A stretch of 64,000 bases of DNA, taken from contig CAWEJX010000021.1 in NCBI GenBank assembly GCA_963809485.1, positions 64,001-128,000 of the forward strand. The letters run 5' to 3'. The position numbers and the translations under genes were made by a program. The notes beneath the pieces were generated by a model. The model was not told where the DNA came from and ran no database searches. It was given only the letters and a program-made list of their open reading frames with translations. This document shows positions 9,250 through 19,544 of the stretch, one piece after another; positions within the stretch are counted from its first letter, which is position 1; each line of letters opens with the position of its first letter. This DNA is from an uncultured Acidobacteriota bacterium (lineage in GTDB: Bacteria; Acidobacteriota; UBA6911).

Positions 9250-9798
9250 ATGAACCTTGGAGTCTATTTATCACGAATCGTTGCGATGATGGCTTGCCTG
9301 TCGATTTTATTCGGGCAGGCGATCTCCCAAACACAGGCCGCCGAGACCTACGGATATCCTGGTATTGAGAAAGGAGCTTCCCCTATGTCTACCGAGGCGA
9401 ACAAAGCGCTGATCCGGCGCGTCTATGAACTCAGCACGCAAAAGGATGTAGCCAAATTGTTTGAATTGTATGATCCCGGATATATTGAGCATTTGCGCAA
9501 CGGCGATCAGTCTCTGGAACAACTGAAGGCCGGGATTCCGGCAATTTTTGCGGCATTCCCGGATATTAGATTTTCGGTTGAGGACATGGTGGCGGAGGGG
9601 GATAAGGTCGCTTATCGAGTCACGATAACGGGAACACACACCGGCGGTCCGTATATGGGAGTTGCCCCGAGCGGCAAAAAGATTGAAATGAGGAACACTT
9701 CCATCAAAAGGATTGCCCATGGCAGATTGGCGGAATCGTGGGGCACCCTCGATACCATAAGTGCGATGCGGCAGCTCGGCTTGATTCCCGACAGGTAA
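9250..9798 (+). CDS. SnoaL-like ester cyclase family protein
   Basis: STEANKALIRR, AFPDIRFSVEDMVAEGDKVA, GTHTG. Possible signal peptide, alternative start 9385. Confidence 0.85.
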   Translation: MNLGVYLSRIVAMMACLSILFGQAISQTQAAETYGYPGIEKGASPMSTEANKALIRRVYELSTQKDVAKLFELYDPGYIEHLRNGDQSLEQLKAGIPAIFAAFPDIRFSVEDMVAEGDKVAYRVTITGTHTGGPYMGVAPSGKKIEMRNTSIKRIAHGRLAESWGTLDTISAMRQLGLIPDR

Positions 9799-10061
9799 GC
9801 ACAAGTATTTCAGTGGTTCGAAGGTGGAGGAGTGCCTCCAGATCCGCTCTCGATGGTTTTCGATCATGGCAGGCCGGCGGCCAGTTCCGAACGTATCGGG
9901 ACGCGCAATGAGAGCGTGTCGTTGTCACCCTCGATCCAGTCGCCGGCGCCTCCCTCGCTGTCGGATCTGATCACCGCCTTTGCGCATTACAACCAGTCCT
10001 TGCCTTAATTTTATAGGGCTATCCCGCTGCTAACGTTTTAAACGTTAACTATATTAACGCT

Positions 10062-10548
10062 ATGGACGTTAAGACAATAAATCACCTCCTGGCCGGTTGA
10101 GAGTAATAAGAAAACCCTCCTCATGCGGAAGCCCTGCAAGTTCCATTTCATCAACCTGGCAGCGGCCATCGCCTTTCATCCATCATCGCTGAAATATGTT
10201 CACAGGTTCGAAAGTCTTTCACTGGGCATACAAGGAGTTTTCATGGAATGGCTGGTGGCTCAGGAAATCTGGCGGCGAAGGGTCCTCGGAGGGAGTTCAA
10301 ATCCCGAAGCGTTAGGTTGCTGGGGCTCGAAGGAGCACGAAATTGATTTTGTAACTCCCGATAAAGACTTCATTGAAATTAAAAGAGGAAAGGCCGGCCC
10401 TATCGACCTCGGTTGGTTTTCCAAGGTTTTCCCGCGCGACCATTTAACGGTAATTTGCAGCTCCCCGTTCACGTCCAGGCAGGGGATCCGAGTCCCAATG
10501 GAGCAATTTTTGCTTTCTGCGCCTACTTCACTGGAATATAGCGAATAA
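10062..10548 (+). pseudogene. Internally deleted paralog of the AAA/DUF4143 gene
   Basis: MDVKTINHLLA joined out of frame to SWPVESNKKTLLMRKPCKF...LLSAPTSLEYSE. Confidence 0.85.
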
Positions 10549-10716
10549 ACTCTTTGCCATTTTATTCACGCTATATAGGAATGATGGAAACGTTCTTTCC
10601 GAGCGACACTGCCTCCGGCAACCCAATCGGCCACATTTCCCGTCTTTGGATATGGCGGCTGGCCAATACTGAAATATTTACATTCATTCCCCAAAGGCAG
10701 AAGGACATCGTCCCGG

Positions 10717-11739
10717 CTAGCTCTGAGGAGCCCGGGGTTTCGCCTGTTCCATTGCGATTTTGTTGATTTGACTCAATGCCTGGGCACCGGAAGCTCCCTC
10801 GATGGCTTTGACGGCGATGTCCTGCACTTGCTTTTTCGCCTCCTCAACCTGGACATGGAGATTTGCTATCTCAGCGGCCTGGCGATCCACTGTATCCTTT
10901 AACGACTGAATCTGAAGCTCGGCGACCCTTTTTTCGGCGTCGCTGTCCTTCTTCAGCAAAAGTGTCTGCTGTTCGTATCTCTGTTCTGCGCTTTTCGAAG
11001 CGGCATTGACGGCGGCATCGATTTCCTTCTTGAGGCGCAGGGGAAAATCCTCGACCTCTTTTCTAAGCTGCGCCCATTCCGCTTCTCTTTCCTTCAACGC
11101 CGCTTCCCGCTGCTGCCAGCTCTTCTCGAGGTTCTCTTGTTTTTCTTTGTCTTTCTTTTCCAGCAGTCGAATTTCCTCGTCATATTTGTCTTGAGCCTTT
11201 TTTCGTTCGAGAGCCTTCCGGTATTCGTATTCCTCGATTTCCCGCTGGCGCTGCTTCTTGAGGTTGTCTTCTGTTTCTTTTTGCTCCCGAGCCCGCGTCA
11301 GTTCTTCTTCTTCCCAGGCTGCGCGACGGGAATTGATTTCATTTTCAAGCTCCGCCTTTTCCTCGTTATATCGCTGCAGCATATTGTCCAGTGAGGTGGC
11401 GGCAATATCGATCCTATGCAGACGTTCCAGTTCTTTCTGTTCGAGGGCTACTGCTTCCCGGATTGTTGTCAGCTTTTCCACTTCTGAGACAAGTTTGCCG
11501 GAAAGGTCCGATAGCGATCTGGAAATTTCAAGCCCGATGCCCGATATCTTTTGGATGACGCCATCGACGGACAACCCTTCCACCGCCTGACGGATTTCCT
11601 GATCGCGCAACCGGTCAAGTTCTTCGGTCTTGGGATTGGATGCCGCCCGTTTAACCTGCTCTTCGCGGACCATGCCTTCAAATTCCTTTTCCACTTCAGC
11701 CTTCGTGGTTTTCTTTCGGCTTGGTGTAACTTTCGCCAT
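10717..11739 (-). CDS. Long coiled-coil protein of unknown function
   Basis: E/K/Q/R-rich heptads. C-terminal VQDIAVKAIEGAS. GGAGG RBS before ATG 11739. Confidence 0.85.
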   Translation of the reverse strand: MAKVTPSRKKTTKAEVEKEFEGMVREEQVKRAASNPKTEELDRLRDQEIRQAVEGLSVDGVIQKISGIGLEISRSLSDLSGKLVSEVEKLTTIREAVALEQKELERLHRIDIAATSLDNMLQRYNEEKAELENEINSRRAAWEEEELTRAREQKETEDNLKKQRQREIEEYEYRKALERKKAQDKYDEEIRLLEKKDKEKQENLEKSWQQREAALKEREAEWAQLRKEVEDFPLRLKKEIDAAVNAASKSAEQRYEQQTLLLKKDSDAEKRVAELQIQSLKDTVDRQAAEIANLHVQVEEAKKQVQDIAVKAIEGASGAQALSQINKIAMEQAKPRAPQS

Positions 11740-12292
11740 AGCGTCCTCCCTTGGTGAATTGCGTATATGTGCCAAAGACTACTCGCCCGAACTGGAAAAT
11801 TTCAACAATTATTCAACGGCAAGGATCATCGAGGCGCCGATCATCGTCATCTGCGGCGGCTGTTCATGCAACATCTTTGGGTTAGCTTTTTCCATGGTTG
11901 GATACGCCGGGTAGGCGGCAAAAAGCGCCGGCACTCTGTGCCGCATAACCCCGAGCGGTGTGAATCTGACCCTATCGGGGCAGTGGTTTGTCCGCGATGA
12001 TCCATGCCGTTCCAGCAGGCCGCATGGAGCTGATTGATTATGTTTGCGAAAACCAGGAAGTTTTCAGGAGCACCAAGGCTTTCTAATGAAGAAGGCACCA
12101 ATCGCAAGTTGTTCGTGCGGGTTGCCATCTCTTCAACGGCGCGCAAGGCAGCGCGCTGTGCTTTCGAAATACCTGCAATCCCGCAATTGGCTTCAGTCAT
12201 TTCCATGTTGATAAATACAGCCAACTATTAGTAAATAATCAGAATCCGGGGCTAAAAATCCATCACCCGAAACAATTGAGGGAGGATGCAAC

Positions 12293-12889
12293 ATGTCCAG
12301 TAATCAACTCACAATCAGTGGTACCGCCAGAATCATCCTAGTGTTTGCCGTGGCCGCGACAGTCCTGCTCATTCCATTGACGCAGCCGGTGTTGGCTCAG
12401 CAGGTCACCATGGAAACTTTGCTCGACCGCGTCCAGATTGAGGATCTCCTGACGCGCTATTATTACGATCTCTCGCGCAGCAACGCCCATGAACTATCCG
12501 AGTATTTCACTGCAGATGCCTTGCTTGACGTCGATGGCACGGTTGCCAAGGGCCGCGCAGAAATTGCCAAGCTGTATCAGAACCCGGCACCGGACCCGAA
12601 ACAACCGGCACCAGCGCCGGCTCGTCGTATGCAAATGCTACTTACCAACCCGATCATCTCAATCAAGGGCAGCACGGCGACGGCACATGTGATCTGGACC
12701 GGTGTGATGAATGAGGGGATCGGCAAACTACCCCAGGTCGTCGAGCAGGGCCGTGAGGATACCGAGCTGGTCAAACAAAACGGCAAGTGGCTCATCAAGC
12801 GCCGCTATATCTCCACCGACGGACGTATGCCGAACCGCTTCGATAAAAACTACAAACCTCGCGAGAACCCTTTGGAACAATCGAAGTAG
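12293..12889 (+). CDS. Exported NTF2/SnoaL_4 family protein
   Basis: Signal peptide ending VLA-QQ, LLDRVQIEDLLTRYYYDL, LVKQNGKWLIKRR. GGAGG RBS. Confidence 0.85.
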   Translation: MSSNQLTISGTARIILVFAVAATVLLIPLTQPVLAQQVTMETLLDRVQIEDLLTRYYYDLSRSNAHELSEYFTADALLDVDGTVAKGRAEIAKLYQNPAPDPKQPAPAPARRMQMLLTNPIISIKGSTATAHVIWTGVMNEGIGKLPQVVEQGREDTELVKQNGKWLIKRRYISTDGRMPNRFDKNYKPRENPLEQSK

Positions 12890-13106
12890 TAGCATCGCTA
12901 TGGAAATTGCACGTTCTCGAAAAGGGAGGGTAGGGACAGCGTATAACGGCAGGGTTTACTGTAAGGATACGGCAAGCCGGCGCCCTGGCCCTGTCCCATT
13001 CTCTTCGACAGAGATCAGGAAATTTCCGAGATTGGCGCAGCCATGGATCGGTCACCCGGTTGAGCAGTCGCAAAACCGGACATGGGACTACGACCGGACA
13101 GCCAGA

Positions 13107-13601
13107 TCATTCCGTGAAAACCGTCAGCTTGCGCGACTGAATCAGCCACTTGCCGTTGCGACGGACGAGACGGTCTTCGGAGCGACCCATCGCGGCTGCA
13201 ATCATCCTGCCGTCCGCCTCGCGATGCACAGTCTGCCAGTAAGACTGGTGTAAGGCCTCGCCGGGTTTCGGGAACGTGATGCGAACGTTGCTGATCACGT
13301 GATACAGATTCGACGCCGGCAGCCCCTTCGCCTTGTTGTCGTCGCGGCGCCCGATGAGGCCCGTGACGATCTTGCGAATCTCCGCGTGACCTTTGCTGAG
13401 GATGCCGTTCGAATCGATGACGGCATCTTCGGTAAACACGGCGACATAGCCTTCCGGATCGAGTGAATCCACTGCCCACACGTAACGCGCCATCACGTCC
13501 TCGACCGCGATGCGGTCTTCATAGGCGCCAAGATTTCCCTGCGCAGTAACGTGCAGGGGCGCGATAAGTATGGCGACTAAAGCGCCGAGGTGCAGTCGCA
13601 T
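13107..13601 (-). CDS. Exported NTF2/SnoaL_4 family protein
   Basis: Signal peptide, EDRIAVEDVMARYVWAVD, HVISN, GRSEDRLVRRNGKWLI. Confidence 0.85.
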   Translation of the reverse strand: MRLHLGALVAILIAPLHVTAQGNLGAYEDRIAVEDVMARYVWAVDSLDPEGYVAVFTEDAVIDSNGILSKGHAEIRKIVTGLIGRRDDNKAKGLPASNLYHVISNVRITFPKPGEALHQSYWQTVHREADGRMIAAAMGRSEDRLVRRNGKWLIQSRKLTVFTE

Positions 13602-13915
13602 AGCTTGTGCCTCCAATTTCGAAATTGGGGTGCGAAATTGGGGTCGGACCACGATAACTTCTTGTCGATATTGGGGATATCTCGGTTTTTGGAGCAGAAA
13701 TGACCCCTCAAATTTTTATCCCAAACGCGCAAATCCGGGCGCGCCAGGAGTCAGCGCCGTAGAATCGTCTGCAATGCTTCCCCGGATCCGTGATGCAGGG
13801 TGGGATCCGGTGGATCCAGTCAAGCGGATCTGATGCATACATGCAATCGATTTCAGATCCCAGATTGATTGCTTTCTGCAACCTGGAATCTGAAATCGTA
13901 TTTTCCGTGACGGAA

Positions 13916-14626
13916 CTATTTTGCCGGAGGAGGCATTTTGCTTTGGATCCTTGGCTTCCCTTTCTCAGAGGATCCGTCCGATTCGATAAAGATATATTTG
14001 TCCCGCATATTTTCAGGCACCAGATTCCTGAAAGGCGTTTCAACAGACTTCGGTGAGTACTGGGTGTCGATAAATAGGAACGGCCGGGTCACTTTCGTCA
14101 CCCGGAACGGGCAGTGGATGAAATTGCCGGGTATGTATATCAGCGCGGGCTTGTTCACCACGTGCTTCTCCATCTCCGGACCCATATAAACTTCGAACTC
14201 CGCACCTAATTCATGCGGATGATCCGGGTCCGTGCCCAGCGCTACAACCACTTCGGGATCTCGATGTTTATGCGGACCATGGCCGGCAATTTTCGTGGCC
14301 GATTCTCCCATCAACATCGCGGAGAAGAAATGGCTTCCCTCGATAATGTCGTCATCGCAAAAAACCAGAAACCTGTTTTTTAGTGCGCCGTATCCGATCT
14401 CCAGTTCTTCCGGTTTCAACTCCGACGTGAAATATTTTCGGTACTTCAATTCTCCCGGCGCCGAGGCCTGAACCCGCGGATTGGGCGCGGCAATCAGCCC
14501 GCCGCCAGACTGTGTCATCGCCGAGTGGATCGCGCCGGCAGCGATAGCTCCTGCAGCTCCTGCGGCGATTTCCTTTACGAATCCTCTACGCGTAGTATTT
14601 TGGGGATCGATCCTGATCAGACTCAT
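13916..14626 (-). CDS. Tat-exported cupin-like protein
   Basis: TRRGFVK twin-arginine signal, PHKHRDPEV...YIPGNFIHCP cupin motifs. Confidence 0.8.
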   Translation of the reverse strand: MSLIRIDPQNTTRRGFVKEIAAGAAGAIAAGAIHSAMTQSGGGLIAAPNPRVQASAPGELKYRKYFTSELKPEELEIGYGALKNRFLVFCDDDIIEGSHFFSAMLMGESATKIAGHGPHKHRDPEVVVALGTDPDHPHELGAEFEVYMGPEMEKHVVNKPALIYIPGNFIHCPFRVTKVTRPFLFIDTQYSPKSVETPFRNLVPENMRDKYIFIESDGSSEKGKPRIQSKMPPPAK

Positions 14627-14744
14627 GTCGGTTTCTCCCTGAATGCTTCCCGGATTTGCGGTCCGGAAGGCTAGGAAGTTGAAGCTGCCATTTTGGCCAA
14701 AACTTCCCAGCCTTTTGTGAAATCAGCCGGATCCGCGGTTGCTT

Positions 14745-16061
14745 CTAATAGACCCCGTATTCCATTACGGCTTCGGTCATGGCGCGCAGATTGTCCGGAT
14801 TGCCCTTATCGATGCTGGCGCCTCCCGTCAGAATGAAACCGCCCCCTTCCCCGCAGACCTCGATCAGCCTGCGGCAATATTCTTTCACTTCCTTGGGAGT
14901 GCCCGTGATCATCAGAGAGGCGGGAATATTTCCGGAAAGACATGCCGTGTCGCCCAGAATTTTTTTCGCCCGGAACATATCCGTGCGGTCGAAATACCAT
15001 ATGACTTTGCCCCGCGGCAGGTCTTTGATGATTTCGAGCCGGTTGTTGTAAGCTCCTTCTGCGAACAGCAGCGGCACGGCACCTTCTTCAATCAGCCCCA
15101 GAATCACCTCTCTGAATGTGGGCCAGTAGAACTTCTCATATTGTTTGCTGGACATGAACGTGTCGTCCCCTTTGTGAAGCGCAAAGAAGACGATCGGCAC
15201 GCCAGACATTTTGATCCCGTCCAGGCCGACGTCGATGTTCATTTTGACGATTTTATCCATCGCCTGCAGCACCTTCTCCGGCTGGCGATAAATATCCAGA
15301 AGGATGCCCTTCGTCCCGCGGAGGGTGTCCGCCAATATGTCAAAGGGGGCATGAGATTGGCCTCCGAAAAAGCTCGGATACCCCGCGGCCCTCACCTCCT
15401 GGCCGAACTTCATGGCCGGTCCCATGGACTTTTCCGTCTCGAGCCCGTAATCAATGATGGCCTGATAGGCCGCCCGGACGTGGGGCATAACAGCCGGTCC
15501 CACGAAACGGTTCGCCATCCCGAGCATGTAAGGAATCGGCTGGAATTCCGCGAAAGGCGCCAGGGCCCCGATGCTTCGCGGCAGGTAGCGCCGGAAACAC
15601 CAGTCGCTGAGATCGTCCAGAAACATATCGTACTCATCCTCTTTCATGTATTCGCCTTCCACGAACTGCGGCATCGAGGCATCGTCAGGCAGTCCGTGGC
15701 CCGGCCACTTCATGTTCAGCGGATTGAGTATCTCGGAAGCTCTTGCCGAACCGGCCATTCCGCCGCTGAACACATCGGATTCAAACTCATTGAAAAACCT
15801 CCGGTAAGCCTGGACGGCACGCTCAGGGTCGTGCATGGCTTCTTTTAATGTCATCCCGGAATAGTACAGCGGAAAAGTTCCTGCCGGCAGAATGTAGGGC
15901 ACTCGGTCGGGCTTTTCGAGTTTAATGACCTTGATAAATCTTCCGACCCTTGTCTGATAATCCTGTTTTGCCTTATCGTCTTTGAACGTCACATTTTGGG
16001 GATTCAGCCATTGCTCGAATCTTTTTTCACGTTTTTGTTCCGGAGTCATTTTCTGTTCCAT
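14745..16061 (-). CDS. Uroporphyrinogen decarboxylase / MtaA-CmuA family protein
   Basis: EKPDRVP, APFDILADTLRG, FMSSKQYEKFYWP, GNIP...GTP, GGGFIL. Confidence 0.9.
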   Translation of the reverse strand: MEQKMTPEQKREKRFEQWLNPQNVTFKDDKAKQDYQTRVGRFIKVIKLEKPDRVPYILPAGTFPLYYSGMTLKEAMHDPERAVQAYRRFFNEFESDVFSGGMAGSARASEILNPLNMKWPGHGLPDDASMPQFVEGEYMKEDEYDMFLDDLSDWCFRRYLPRSIGALAPFAEFQPIPYMLGMANRFVGPAVMPHVRAAYQAIIDYGLETEKSMGPAMKFGQEVRAAGYPSFFGGQSHAPFDILADTLRGTKGILLDIYRQPEKVLQAMDKIVKMNIDVGLDGIKMSGVPIVFFALHKGDDTFMSSKQYEKFYWPTFREVILGLIEEGAVPLLFAEGAYNNRLEIIKDLPRGKVIWYFDRTDMFRAKKILGDTACLSGNIPASLMITGTPKEVKEYCRRLIEVCGEGGGFILTGGASIDKGNPDNLRAMTEAVMEYGVY

Positions 16062-16235
16062 TTTCACGCTCCCGTGTGGTCGGTTCGTAATAAGATAGCT
16101 TTGCCGATTGATGTGCGTGATTATACAGGCAATTCCTGCAATAAAGTAGAACTGTTCCCGGAGCCCTAAATGGGATTTTCGATTATGGCAAACCAAAGGG
16201 AAACGGTGCCAGGCACTCCGTTCCCTCGGCAGGGT

Positions 16236-16799
16236 TCAAAGGCCTGCAGCTTTTGCCAGAACCATCGAGTGTTCTCTCCAAATACTGGGCGTGGCGGCCG
16301 TTTTGAAACCCATGGCCGAAGCCAGCGAAATTGTTCGTGAAAATTCCTGCCGGGTAACGTGCCCCCTGGGTTCTGAAATGAGCAGGCATCCATTCTGTTT
16401 CAGTAACCTGTGGATTTCCTGCAGAATCCGCTCCTGATCCGGAACTTCGTGGACGACCGCGAATGCCAGCACAAAGTCGGCGGAGCCTGACATATCCTCC
16501 ATATTCAGGGAATCCTTTTGCGCGCGCCTCGTTACGATCCTATCGAGCACGCCGGCCTTTTGCGCTCGTTTTATTAAGGAAGCCAGCATCTTCTCCTGCA
16601 GGTCGACGCAGACAACTTTGCCTTTGTTGCCGACCAGGACCGCCATGGGAAGGCTGAAATATCCCATACCGCTGCCGATATCGGCGACGGTCATCCCGTA
16701 AGCGACATAGGAACGCAATATTTCCCCGGGATCGTGTATCAGCTTTCGTATAGGGTTCGCCAGCAAATATCCGAGCCACCAGGGACAGACTCTACTCAT
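16236..16799 (-). CDS. Class I SAM methyltransferase
   Basis: MSRVCPWWLGY, ADIGSGMG, VDLQEKML, VVHEVPD. Confidence 0.88.
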   Translation of the reverse strand: MSRVCPWWLGYLLANPIRKLIHDPGEILRSYVAYGMTVADIGSGMGYFSLPMAVLVGNKGKVVCVDLQEKMLASLIKRAQKAGVLDRIVTRRAQKDSLNMEDMSGSADFVLAFAVVHEVPDQERILQEIHRLLKQNGCLLISEPRGHVTRQEFSRTISLASAMGFKTAATPSIWREHSMVLAKAAGL

Positions 16800-16841
16800 A
16801 ATTTCGCTCCAGCAAACACCCGCAGTATCGCGGGAATATGG

Positions 16842-17244
16842 AGTCAGGTACCTCCGGCAAAGCCGGAGACTTGAAAGATTGGAACCGCTCAAAGCGGTTG
16901 GACTAGTTACGCCGGTCTTGAACGCTGACTTACGCGGGCAAAAGCCGATGAGGCGCCTCCGATCCCCGCAGGGGCCAGCGCTCCGCGCTGGACAGTTTTC
17001 TGCGGCGGCACTGTGGCAAGCGCCGTGCGGCAAGGAGATGAAGGGTATGAGAAACCGGGCGTTTGCCACAGTGCCGCCGCAGAAAACTCCATCGGAAGCG
17101 CCTCATCGGCTTTTGCTCGCCGACCTTCGCCGAACAAATCGGCATTTGTCAGCGCTTTTATCAGCGTTTCTCAGCGTTTCAAAATACGGAGCTGTCAAAC
17201 CCTTTGAGTCCCCCGGCAGAGCCGGAGGTTTACCAATGTAATTA
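16842..17244 (-). mobile_element. IS200/IS605-derived element, copy 2 (long form with nested palindrome)
   Basis: Both end hairpins complete. Extra 175-bp internal inverted-repeat segment. Confidence 0.8.
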
Positions 17245-17265
17245 TTGGTAAACGGAATAAAGGGC

Positions 17266-18066
17266 TTATTTCAAAGCTGTTGCCTGAAAAAAGGTATAGC
17301 AGAATGTGCCGTCTTCGAGTGTAGATCTGTTCAAGTCCGCGATGCCTTTGTTCCACGATGTTTCGTCGATGAGGCCGGCGGAGAGAGCCTCTTCTTTTAC
17401 CCCTTCGACCATGGCAATGAATGTTCTTCTGGTAAATCCCTCAACCAGATCCGGACGGCTCGCGTCGACATAAACCATCCGGGGCGCAACGTGTACCTCC
17501 CTGAATCCCGATCCAGCCAGCAACGGGTACAGCCGGCGCCCGATCAGGGAGTCGCCATGCTTGCGGGCCTGCAACTCGATCAGACACCGGACCGCCCGGT
17601 CGGCAGCATTGCTTCTGGGATGGCAGTAGTAGGATCCATGGTCCCCTTCTATGACATTGATCGAACCGCCATCCGCCAATACACCTCTCAGCACGGACAG
17701 AGCCATTTCCGGTTTGCGCAAATGCTCCAGCAGGAAGCACACGAACAGGTGGTCGTATGCCCCGGCTTCATAGGGGAGATTGTAGACATCCGCTATTTCG
17801 AATCGCGCGTTCGACAATCCCGCCTGATCCAGCCTCTCGCGGGCCTTCATGATGGATTCGCCCGATGCATCAAAAGATGTGAAAAGGGAATCGGGATTAT
17901 TCCGGGCCAGATGCATCGTTTGTGCGCCGACTCCGCAGCCGGCCTCGAGCACCCGGCTTCCTTTGGGAAACCTCACGCTTGCATGCAGGAGTTCCGCCAG
18001 CATATCTGCCTGATCCGTCAACCTGCCAGCTTCAATCTCAGAATATCCATGAACGTATCTCCCCAT
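17266..18066 (-). CDS. Class I SAM methyltransferase
   Basis: YVHGYS, VLEAGCGVGAQT, FLLEHL, FCYTFF. Confidence 0.9.
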   Translation of the reverse strand: MGRYVHGYSEIEAGRLTDQADMLAELLHASVRFPKGSRVLEAGCGVGAQTMHLARNNPDSLFTSFDASGESIMKARERLDQAGLSNARFEIADVYNLPYEAGAYDHLFVCFLLEHLRKPEMALSVLRGVLADGGSINVIEGDHGSYYCHPRSNAADRAVRCLIELQARKHGDSLIGRRLYPLLAGSGFREVHVAPRMVYVDASRPDLVEGFTRRTFIAMVEGVKEEALSAGLIDETSWNKGIADLNRSTLEDGTFCYTFFQATALK

Positions 18067-18356
18067 CGCATCCGTCTCCTTTTATGCAGGACATTGTAAC
18101 AGGATCATCAGGAAGCCTCTCGAAAACCTAAGACACCGGGATAAGCATTGTGCGCAAAACGGCCCAATGATAATATCCTGATTATGCATAAATATACATA
18201 GCTGCTAAATATTATGCATTATCCATTATGATGCGACGTTATGAAAGCGAATACTGCAGCATTCAAAACCACACAAGATTCCCTGCGCACTGCACAGGAT
18301 GGTTTTCGTAGCTTTGCGCCCCTATTGTTATGACTTCTGGCCAGGGAGGAATTGAT

Positions 18357-19082
18357 ATGACCGTTTATGGCAAAGATTTCGCTGCGCTGTATAACGATAA
18401 ATTTAGATTCTGGGGACCTAAGATGTGGCCCTTTCTTTCCCAGGCAGTGGCGAAACACAATCCGGAAGCGAAAACATGGTTAGACCTATGCTGTGGGACC
18501 GGCTCGCTCTTAAGTCTGGTCTGCGATGCCGGGTTCGATACGGTTGGAGTGGACCGTTCCTCATGCCAATTGAAGTATGCAAAGCAAAATGCCCCTCGAG
18601 CGAGACTGGTTCTTGCCGACATCCGCGAATTATCTCTTGGCGGAAAAGTCGATGTTGTCACCTGCATGTTCGACAGTCTGAATTACTTAACAAGCTCAAA
18701 GGATTTGAAAAGGGTATTCCGTTCCATTTATCGTCATTTGAACAGCCACGGGCTTTTTATGTTTGATATGAACACCTTCGAGGGATTGCAGGATACCTGG
18801 TGCGGGACTTCCGCGATTCGCGAAACGAACCGGTTAACCCTTGTTGAGACTTCTTTTGACGCTAAGAAGGCATTAGGCAGGTGTTTGCTCACCGGGTTTA
18901 TTCAGCAAGGGCGAGTATTTCGCCGGTTTGTAGAAACGCATATCGAGCGTGGATATCATGCCGCTGAGATTGAGGCTTTGCTGGAGCAATCGGGATTTGA
19001 ATTTAACAAGTTCGATGGTAATTATTTAACCCGGCCGAAAATCAGGTCATCCCGGCTTCTATACCTCTGCACTGTTGTATAG
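18357..19082 (+). CDS. Class I SAM methyltransferase
   Basis: LDLCCGTG, CMFDSLNYL, FDMNT. GGAGG RBS. Confidence 0.9.
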   Translation: MTVYGKDFAALYNDKFRFWGPKMWPFLSQAVAKHNPEAKTWLDLCCGTGSLLSLVCDAGFDTVGVDRSSCQLKYAKQNAPRARLVLADIRELSLGGKVDVVTCMFDSLNYLTSSKDLKRVFRSIYRHLNSHGLFMFDMNTFEGLQDTWCGTSAIRETNRLTLVETSFDAKKALGRCLLTGFIQQGRVFRRFVETHIERGYHAAEIEALLEQSGFEFNKFDGNYLTRPKIRSSRLLYLCTVV

Positions 19083-19372
19083 GGGGCATCGGGAGTCTTT
19101 ACGGCAACCTTTCCCGCGGAGTCAAAATCGTATATATTGGCCTTCCCGCTAACCAAAAATTCTTCCTCGACATAACCAAGCCTGGAAAGATCCTGAGGCA
19201 CGATTGTCCTGGCAACTGCGCAAAAAGGGTAAGATTTTTCGGTAACTGTTAGAGGACCGGCAACCGAGGGTATCGATGCCGCGCCATAGATAGACGTGGG
19301 ACAGATGAAAAAAGAGAAGACAAGGACAAAGAAGAACCTTTTCCCGGCTGAACTGAGGGATCGGATTGACAT
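19075..19372 (-). pseudogene. N-terminal fragment of an exported alpha/beta hydrolase domain protein
   Basis: Signal peptide, DLSRLGYVEEEFLVSGKANIY...PYTT, then runs into the antisense of the methyltransferase. Confidence 0.65.
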
Positions 19373-19544
19373 ATTGACTCCATCTTTTTGTATTGAATTT
19401 GTTTGCCGGAATCTTACCACAAAAAGTAACCTGGGATCCTGAATGCGTCGGTAACCCCCCTGCGGTTTCCCGGTGTTACCTGTGTGGCATAATATGTGGC
19501 GAGCCTGTATTCTAACTGTTTTGAAAACCATGACGAGGTGCTGC

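Noticed and set aside
11940-11960. GCCGCATAAC as an attC or RIT-element end
   Set aside because: No partner box or hairpin found.
18170-18335. AT-rich region with two GTTATGA motifs before a methyltransferase, as a third attI-like site
   Set aside because: No TAA-N6-TTA geometry, no match to the 55-bp repeat, and no attC after the gene.
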